This document shows positions 57,843 through 64,000 of a stretch of DNA of 64,000 nucleotides, piece after piece. Under the pieces are notes generated by a model. It worked only from the letters and a program-made list of their open reading frames with translations, did not search any database and was not told the DNA's origin. The position numbers and the translations under genes are program-made. How positions within the stretch are numbered: position 1 is the first letter of the stretch; each line of letters begins with the position of its first letter. This DNA is from a virus, in IMG/VR virus record IMGVR_UViG_3300028392_000036, positions 1 through 64,000 of that record; one strand, written 5' to 3'.

Positions 57843-59216
57843 ATGAATGAAACAGACTTCTCAAACGAAAGGTTTGACAGCATAGTGGCGGCAGGGTGGA
57901 TCCGTGATCTAGAAAGTTCGGACAGTCGCATACACAAAGAAAAAACAATTGAAAAAGCACTTATGGCCGCCAAGTTGGGCAGTGCCGATGCACAATGTTT
58001 CCTCTTTAATTGTTATCAGGCTTACAATCCTTTCTACACCTTTAACATCCGTCAAGTGCCCGAGACTGAAGGCTTGACTGGTAGGCCTAACCCTTGGACA
58101 AAATTTTGGGCCTTGCTAGAAGCCTTGCGTACAAGATCTACTACAGGTAATCGTGCTCGCGAAAGCATTGAATCGATGAGTCAGATGTTTGACTCAGACG
58201 AGTGGAACAACTTGGCTCGCCGTGTGATGATCAAAGATCTACGATGCGGTATCTCAGAAAAAACACTTAACAAAGTACTGGGCAAGACTGAGTACCGGAT
58301 TCCTGTGTTTACTTGTCAACTGGCACAAGACTCCACAGACCAACCCAAGAAACTCCGAGGCATCAAACGCCTGGAAGTCAAACTGGATGGTGTGCGTGTG
58401 TTAGCAGTAGTTGACGGTGACAATGTTACCTTGTTCAGTCGCAACGGTAAAGAGTTTGAAAACTTTCCGCAGATTGCAGATGTTATTGAAGATGTTCGAA
58501 AGCACTTTCAATGGGGTCGTGGTACCGGTGGTCGCTATGTGTTAGATGGTGAGATTGTGGGAGAGAGTTTTCAGAAACTCATGAAACAAGCACATCGCAA
58601 GAGCGATGCTGTGACTGATGGTATGATGTATCATATTTTTGATATCATCCCGTTGGAGTCATTGCAAGAAGGACATTGTAACCTGCAACAGTACAAACGC
58701 ATCGAGTGGCTCGAAAGGTCCAAGGAACGTCTTTTGGAAACCTCTTGCCTGCGTATCATGAATGGCCTAGAAGTGGATCTGGACACAGCCGAAGGGCACG
58801 ATATAATGCAACGATTTGCTGAAGCATCAGTAGCCGAAGGCTTTGAGGGCATTATGATCAAGAGTATGGATGCACCTTATGAGTGCAAACGTTCGGACTC
58901 GTGGATGAAATGGAAACCTACAATAAGTGTTGATCTCAATATTGTGGGTTTTGAACAAGGTACTGGTCGCAATGCTGACCGGTTGGGTGCTATAATTTGT
59001 GAAGGAGAAGACAATGACCGTAGAATTCGTGTTAATGTTGGTAGTGGGTTTAGTGATACTCTTCGTGATGAGTATTGGGCCAATAGGGATCAGTTACTTG
59101 GTCACTTGGTTGAAGTCCAAGCGGACGCAGTCACCCAAAATCAAGACGGAACCTACAGCCTCCGATTCCCCCGGTTCTTGAGATTCCGTGACTTTGAAGC
59201 AGGAGAGAAAGTTTGA
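57843..59216 (+). CDS. ATP-dependent DNA ligase
   Basis: EVKLDGVR, LDGEI, FDII, EGIMIK, KWK, SLRFPRF. Confidence 0.95.
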   Translation: MNETDFSNERFDSIVAAGWIRDLESSDSRIHKEKTIEKALMAAKLGSADAQCFLFNCYQAYNPFYTFNIRQVPETEGLTGRPNPWTKFWALLEALRTRSTTGNRARESIESMSQMFDSDEWNNLARRVMIKDLRCGISEKTLNKVLGKTEYRIPVFTCQLAQDSTDQPKKLRGIKRLEVKLDGVRVLAVVDGDNVTLFSRNGKEFENFPQIADVIEDVRKHFQWGRGTGGRYVLDGEIVGESFQKLMKQAHRKSDAVTDGMMYHIFDIIPLESLQEGHCNLQQYKRIEWLERSKERLLETSCLRIMNGLEVDLDTAEGHDIMQRFAEASVAEGFEGIMIKSMDAPYECKRSDSWMKWKPTISVDLNIVGFEQGTGRNADRLGAIICEGEDNDRRIRVNVGSGFSDTLRDEYWANRDQLLGHLVEVQADAVTQNQDGTYSLRFPRFLRFRDFEAGEKV

Positions 59217-59407
59217 TGACCCCTCTATATGATGTTGTACTAGTAGCAGTCATGGTAGCACATAGTGCGTTTGGACCTGCACAACTGGAATATCAATCAG
59301 TTGATTATTATAATTCTTGGACTCGGTGCAATCAAGAACAACGTCGATTGAGCCAAAAACAAGACAAACGAACTGCATATATTTGTTTAAAAGTTGATAG
59401 GAATTAA
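59213..59407 (+). CDS. Small hypothetical (exported?) protein
   Basis: Hydrophobic N-terminus, Cys pair. Confidence 0.5.
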   Translation: MMTPLYDVVLVAVMVAHSAFGPAQLEYQSVDYYNSWTRCNQEQRRLSQKQDKRTAYICLKVDRN

Positions 59408-59411
59408 ATCA

Positions 59412-59639
59412 ATGACAGCAAAACCAGCTGATGGTGTTCGAGGACATCTACTAAATCTAATTGACGGCACAGTAGTATTCCGTGTGTATGATGATAAACA
59501 CAACTTTGTGGACTATGACATACATCACAGTGACTTGTGTGTTACAATCACAGATCCTGATGCATACTTTTATCGCCAAGATGATCAGGACATACTAGAT
59601 CATGCTCCAGTGACTCTGGGGACACAAGATGGTACTTGA
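59412..59639 (+). CDS. Hypothetical protein
   Basis: FRVYD..F.DYDI.H.DL. Confidence 0.65.
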   Translation: MTAKPADGVRGHLLNLIDGTVVFRVYDDKHNFVDYDIHHSDLCVTITDPDAYFYRQDDQDILDHAPVTLGTQDGT

Positions 59640-59748
59640 AATTCTTTTATACGGGTTTGTAACAGCATTTGGTTGGTGGGGTGCCAATCACTATGTAATC
59701 GAACCTTACTTTCCTCCGCCTATTGAAAAGAAAGTGGAACAAAAATGA
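59629..59748 (+). CDS. Putative 39-aa membrane peptide
   Basis: MVLEILLYGFVTAFGWWGANHYV... Confidence 0.5.
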   Translation: MVLEILLYGFVTAFGWWGANHYVIEPYFPPPIEKKVEQK

Positions 59749-60185
59749 AAATTGGGCTAAGTTACAGTCGTTGTGTTCGTGATATCGTGGACGGTGTGGT
59801 AGACATTGATGATGTATTAGTTCTCATCACTCGTACGGATTTTGATCCGCATGATGACGACCAGTGGCGAGGCATTTGGATCGGTTATGGCGGTGGTACT
59901 GAAAATGCTTACAGCCGTGGATTCTTTAGCCAAAGCAATCCTGAATGGGCCGGCTATCACGATGAGGATCAATTCCGCAGTGTCAGCATTGAACTTTGGG
60001 AAACTGGTAAGTTACATCAGCCACGCAAATTTGGTTCGAAGCCTGCTCGTCGTCCTGAGATATGGTTGGAAACTGTGTTACCAGATTCAGAGATGATGAA
60101 TCGTCCTGCAGTGAAAGATGCTTGGGATCAGTTTCAGACCATCGCAGGTTTGACCAACACCAAACTAGATCGTAACTACAGATGA
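59745..60185 (+). CDS. Hypothetical protein
   Basis: MKIGLSYSRCVRDI, GKLHQPRKFG. Confidence 0.7.
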   Translation: MKIGLSYSRCVRDIVDGVVDIDDVLVLITRTDFDPHDDDQWRGIWIGYGGGTENAYSRGFFSQSNPEWAGYHDEDQFRSVSIELWETGKLHQPRKFGSKPARRPEIWLETVLPDSEMMNRPAVKDAWDQFQTIAGLTNTKLDRNYR

Positions 60186-60292
60186 AGATTTCATCTAAAA
60201 ATCTTGAAATACAGTTGCCATGGGAACCGGGCCTACTAGAATGGTTGCAAGAACACTATCCAGTTTCGGGATATTTTTTAATAGAGGAATAA
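60182..60292 (+). CDS. Putative 36-aa protein
   Basis: Fills the gap with an ATGA overlap; LLEWLQEHYP. Confidence 0.45.
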   Translation: MKISSKNLEIQLPWEPGLLEWLQEHYPVSGYFLIEE

Positions 60293-60293
60293 T

Positions 60294-61217
60294 ATGGCCA
60301 CAGTTAAAGAACAAGAAAAACTATTAGAAGTTTTAAAATTTACACCACGCACCTACAAAATCAATATGTGGGGGTACGGTGGTGAGTATGTTATGGGCAC
60401 CGTGGATCGCAAGATTTACGATTACTTCAAACATCGTAGACTAGATCTTAGCGACTTTGCGTGGGATTCAGACTATGCAGAAGAAAACAATATTCCCGAA
60501 GAAATGTGGCCATTTCCGCCGGGCAGTTATTATGACTGTGACGATATGGGTCACATACACGGTGTTGATCGTGCGGCTGGCACACTTCAAATCGATGACG
60601 AAGATGGTGAAACAGTTTATCAACGTGAATTGTCTGACATCTCGGGAGACGAAGAAGATGACCCTCAATGGGGTGGCGGAGAAGAAGTTTGGATTACTAG
60701 CCAGCCCGCAGGCTATGTGGTGTTCCTGGGCGTGAGCAACGAGAAAGGCACATTCTTTGAAGGCGATATCCATCTCAATACACCGTTTGATATTTCCAAG
60801 CTCACAATCAGCTACGACGAGTTTGACGGTAATGATATTATCACCGGAGTAGAATATGATGGTGAATCAGTTGACAACTACGGCGGCGACACCAATGGTA
60901 AGAGCTCAGACTTTGGGTTTTACTTGATCAAAGATTCAAACTCCTGGGAAAAATATTCAAATATGAATGATATTGAATACTCAATGACCGATTGGTTTCC
61001 TAAAAAAATCAAACCAGCGTATGTGGGCAACTACTTGGTCAAGACTGCTGGCAAAAATTCTTGGACACATCAGTGTATGTGGACTGGAAAACAATGGGTA
61101 AATATGTGGACTGATGAAAAAGACTACGACGATCCTGAAAAAGCAGTTAAGATAAAAGAGTGGCAAGGACTAACACAGGATCCAGATGCTACCGAGTGGC
61201 CAACCAATAGACCTTAA
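60294..61217 (+). CDS. Acidic hypothetical protein
   Basis: 307 aa, D/E/W/Y-rich. Confidence 0.7.
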   Translation: MATVKEQEKLLEVLKFTPRTYKINMWGYGGEYVMGTVDRKIYDYFKHRRLDLSDFAWDSDYAEENNIPEEMWPFPPGSYYDCDDMGHIHGVDRAAGTLQIDDEDGETVYQRELSDISGDEEDDPQWGGGEEVWITSQPAGYVVFLGVSNEKGTFFEGDIHLNTPFDISKLTISYDEFDGNDIITGVEYDGESVDNYGGDTNGKSSDFGFYLIKDSNSWEKYSNMNDIEYSMTDWFPKKIKPAYVGNYLVKTAGKNSWTHQCMWTGKQWVNMWTDEKDYDDPEKAVKIKEWQGLTQDPDATEWPTNRP

Positions 61218-61228
61218 AGGAGAAAACT

Positions 61229-61918
61229 ATGAATGATACCCTTATATTTAATGACGAGCAATACCGTTCGGCTGAACAAATCAACTCGGCTATGGGCCGT
61301 GTTTACGGACACATGAGTCTAGCAGTGATTGTGTCAATGCTGGTCAGTTATTTGGTAGGAACCACACCTGAGTTGCTACAGTTCTTTTTCACTGGCGTAA
61401 TAAAGTGGATTGTGATCTTTGCACCGCTAGCGGCCATATTTGGTGTGAGCATGGTGCTGGGCAACGATCCGAGTAAACCAGTGGCACAGTTGTGCCTACA
61501 TGGCTTTGCGGCCCTGATGGGCCTGAGTTTCTCAATGATCTTTGCTGTGTTTGCCATGGGATCAATTGTTAGTGCATTTATGGGCGCGGCCATCTTGTTT
61601 GGTGTTATGAGTGGCTATGGCTACTTTACCAAGCGCAGTCTAGACAGTGTTGGTAAGTTTATGTTTGTGGGTTTGATCGCCATCTGTATTGCCAGTATAG
61701 TCAACATCTTTATTGGCAGCACCGTGATGCAGATGGTGATCTCTGCACTTGCTATTATAATCTTTCTTGGCCTTACTGCCTATGACACACAACAGATCCG
61801 CGAAGAACTTGTGTACGAAACCAACGATGCCGCAGAAGTGCGTGGTGCGCTAACTTTGTACATGGACTTTATTAACTTGTTCTTGAATTTGTTACAACTA
61901 TTTGGTGATAGGAAATAA
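61229..61918 (+). CDS. Bax inhibitor-1/YccA family membrane protein
   Basis: About 7 TMs, GLTAYDTQ, ALTLYMDFINLFL.LL. Confidence 0.92.
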   Translation: MNDTLIFNDEQYRSAEQINSAMGRVYGHMSLAVIVSMLVSYLVGTTPELLQFFFTGVIKWIVIFAPLAAIFGVSMVLGNDPSKPVAQLCLHGFAALMGLSFSMIFAVFAMGSIVSAFMGAAILFGVMSGYGYFTKRSLDSVGKFMFVGLIAICIASIVNIFIGSTVMQMVISALAIIIFLGLTAYDTQQIREELVYETNDAAEVRGALTLYMDFINLFLNLLQLFGDRK

Positions 61919-61920
61919 TC

Positions 61921-62304
61921 ATGGCTACCTGGGTACTAACAACCACTGAAAAGAAAAACGTTGAAGAAATTGAATTTTGGTACAAAGACGGAAAGACAAT
62001 CAAACGCACCACTGGGTTTCGTTGGGGCACAGTGTATTGTGAAAGCGATGAACGTCCTGATATTGATTTAGCGAATCCAGACGGTCTTGAAGTATTTGCT
62101 ACTGATTATGACTTTGAACTTGATAACTTGGATGATGGACATTACTGCGATGTTGAATATCCAGACGACATGAGCGAGGAAGAACAAGAACGCATGGATG
62201 AACTATGGGATGAAGATTCCTACGGTGCCTGGGAAGAAGAGGGTTGGTCAAATGATGATACAGAAACTTGGTTCAATGGCCCACTAGATTTAGAACAACA
62301 GTAA
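61921..62304 (+). CDS. Highly acidic small protein
   Basis: 127 aa; C-terminal half dominated by D/E with spaced W. Confidence 0.7.
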   Translation: MATWVLTTTEKKNVEEIEFWYKDGKTIKRTTGFRWGTVYCESDERPDIDLANPDGLEVFATDYDFELDNLDDGHYCDVEYPDDMSEEEQERMDELWDEDSYGAWEEEGWSNDDTETWFNGPLDLEQQ

Positions 62305-62305
62305 G

Positions 62306-62335
62306 TTGACAACGCCACTACTTTCCTTGTATAAT
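62306..62335 (+). promoter_or_regulatory. sigma70 promoter
   Basis: TTGACA-N18-TATAAT. Confidence 0.75.
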
Positions 62336-62341
62336 GTACGT

Positions 62342-62506
62342 GTGCATGAGCAAGGAGATTGGTGGCGATCTAATGGTGTGAGCGGGGTGATTGAACGCCC
62401 GGGCCCGACACAACCGTGGCAGGTAGATATAATGCCCACAAGGTTGAGACACTGTCCAAGATCCGGCAACGGATCAAAACCGGCTGATACCCGGTGTATG
62501 CTCAAG
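62342..62506 (+). ncRNA. Putative structured ncRNA / cis-regulatory leader
   Basis: GC-rich; closing stem TGAGCA/TGCTCA encloses five hairpins, including GATCCG-GCAA-CGGATC. Confidence 0.6.
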
Positions 62507-62534
62507 TTGGAAATCACAGTGAAAGGAAGTTTAA

Positions 62535-62852
62535 ATGTCTGTTAAAATAGAAGCCTCTGATTCCACGCTTCCGTCCCTTGACTCTCTTAAAACAACGGCT
62601 TTGCCCATGCACAAATTATATTTCGAATTGTCTAGTGTGGACACATGGTATACTATCATGCGAGAAGCACGAGCACAGTTTGGCAAGAACTGGCGTAGTC
62701 AGGCACACGTCAAACGGCGACTAGAACATGCCGCACTTTGGCGACTAAACGACCAAGCAGAACGTGTATGGTTTGAAGTGCCAGATCCTAAGTTTGGAAC
62801 CTGGATAGCAATTAAACATGCTGTTAGACAGGTTGAACCCACCGGTAAATAA
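62535..62852 (+). CDS. Hypothetical protein
   Basis: AAGGA RBS; FGKNWRSQ.HVKRRL, VWFEVPD. Confidence 0.7.
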   Translation: MSVKIEASDSTLPSLDSLKTTALPMHKLYFELSSVDTWYTIMREARAQFGKNWRSQAHVKRRLEHAALWRLNDQAERVWFEVPDPKFGTWIAIKHAVRQVEPTGK

Positions 62853-62858
62853 TACTCT

Positions 62859-64000
62859 ATGATATTTGGTTTTAGCATCCTGGCCACAGCAATCTTACTC
62901 AGTTGCGTGGCCGCTTATTATTCTGTAGCAGGCTTAACAGCCATCTTCAGTGCGGCAACCATACCAGTTATCATCATGGGTGGCAGTCTAGAACTAGGCA
63001 AAATTGTGGCCACTGTATGGTTGCACAATAATTGGAAACGTGCTGGAATCTTGTTCAAAGCATATCTAGTGCCTGCGGTAGCGTTCCTAATGCTGTTGAC
63101 ATCAATGGGCATTTTTGGCTATCTCTCCAAGGCCCATTCAGATCAAAGCCTAGTGTCAGGTGATGCAGTAGCAAAGGTAGCAATCTACGATGAAAAGATC
63201 AAGATATCTCGTGACAATATTGAAGCCGACCGCCGGGCACTTAAACAGATGGATGAGGCTGTGGACCAAGTTATGGGCCGATCAGCAGATGAAAAAGGTG
63301 CCGACAAAGCAGTTGCAATACGAAGAGGCCAGCAACGAGAACGGTCTAGGATACTTGCTGACATCGAAGCCGAACAGAAAAAGATTACTGGTCTTAATGA
63401 AGAACGGGCGCCATTAGCGGCCGAGTTCCGCAAGGTTGAGTCAGAAGTAGGACCAATCAAGTACATTGCGGCCTTGGTGTATGGCGACAATCCTGACTCA
63501 AATGTACTAGAACGTGCTGTACGACTTGTGATCATCATGATTGTGCTGGTGTTTGACCCGCTAGCCCTTACCTTAATTCTAGCCGCCAACAAACAATTTC
63601 AATGGGCAAGAGAAGGCACCGGAGGCTTTGTACACGACGAGCCCAAGTACGATCCCGACAATGGTCCATTAACTGAGGACCAAATAGAACAAATAAAAGT
63701 GTCAGTGCCAGAACCACCCGATGATCCTATACCTTGCTACAAATGTGGTACACCATTGGTTGACGCTCCGGGCATTGGCCTGTTCTGCCCCAACAAGGAA
63801 TGTGATGTTATAGACAATGTCAACGGTGAAGAACCTGTTAAGTTTGCACCAATTGAAATTGAATACAAGTTTGTAGACGAACACCACGAATCTGATTATG
63901 CTCCAGCCCTTCACGTGTACGATGATGAACGACTGGTATCAAAGTTTGACAAGATACAGGCGATTGAGCCACCAGACGATGAACTTGACGATGATGACGA
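62859..64000 (+). CDS. Membrane-anchored coiled-coil protein (3'-truncated at window edge)
   Basis: ATG 62859 after TAAATA; N-terminal TMs (VAAYYSVAGL, LELGK, TSMGIFGYLSKAH), coiled coil, EVGPIKYIA, FDPLA, CYKC..CPNKEC; I found no stop before the window edge. Confidence 0.8.
   Translation, partial: MIFGFSILATAILLSCVAAYYSVAGLTAIFSAATIPVIIMGGSLELGKIVATVWLHNNWKRAGILFKAYLVPAVAFLMLLTSMGIFGYLSKAHSDQSLVSGDAVAKVAIYDEKIKISRDNIEADRRALKQMDEAVDQVMGRSADEKGADKAVAIRRGQQRERSRILADIEAEQKKITGLNEERAPLAAEFRKVESEVGPIKYIAALVYGDNPDSNVLERAVRLVIIMIVLVFDPLALTLILAANKQFQWAREGTGGFVHDEPKYDPDNGPLTEDQIEQIKVSVPEPPDDPIPCYKCGTPLVDAPGIGLFCPNKECDVIDNVNGEEPVKFAPIEIEYKFVDEHHESDYAPALHVYDDERLVSKFDKIQAIEPPDDELDDDD

Noticed and set aside
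62306-62545. 79-aa ORF from the track
   Set aside because: Its TTG start is the -35 box, it has no RBS, and the region is better explained as promoter plus structured RNA.
1-64000. tRNA/rRNA genes, integrase, or alternative genetic code
   Set aside because: No cloverleaf or T-loop signatures were noticed in the few intergenic gaps; no recombinase was found; genes read through fully in the standard code.

Overview
The window is a gene-dense fragment of a large lytic T4-like (myovirus-type) phage genome, almost entirely on the + strand. The host is probably a Gram-negative proteobacterium, based on IscU/IscA, class Ia NrdAB, a porin-like OMP and sigma70 promoters. Core genes: terminase large subunit, gp32 SSB, UvsX/UvsY/UvsW, primase, DnaB-type helicase, ATP-dependent DNA ligase, exonuclease, NrdA/NrdB/glutaredoxin, PAAR and several virion proteins. 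Accessory content: an 11-gene glycosyl/methyltransferase cluster, four radical SAM enzymes, a 2OG-Fe(II) oxygenase, an ATP-grasp enzyme, two HNH homing endonucleases, a secreted NucA-type nuclease and BI-1/YccA. The most notable candidates are: (1) a putative capsid-packaged cargo system with T4-CTS-like leaders (MRAREF..E) and modular polyproteins punctuated by hydrophobic-X-Glu / QGVAESD linkers; (2) one such protein that fuses a Pol-beta-type nucleotidyltransferase to a ligase-like (KxDG) domain; (3) a roughly 160-nt multi-stem ncRNA behind its own promoter at 62.3 kb; (4) a 189-aa miniature DnaE-like polymerase; (5) AT-rich radical SAM/ATP-grasp genes slotted singly into core operon junctions next to Fe-S assembly genes; (6) leaderless and bidirectional promoter architecture and repeated promoter cassettes. 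All assignments come from motif recognition by eye; no database searches were run.
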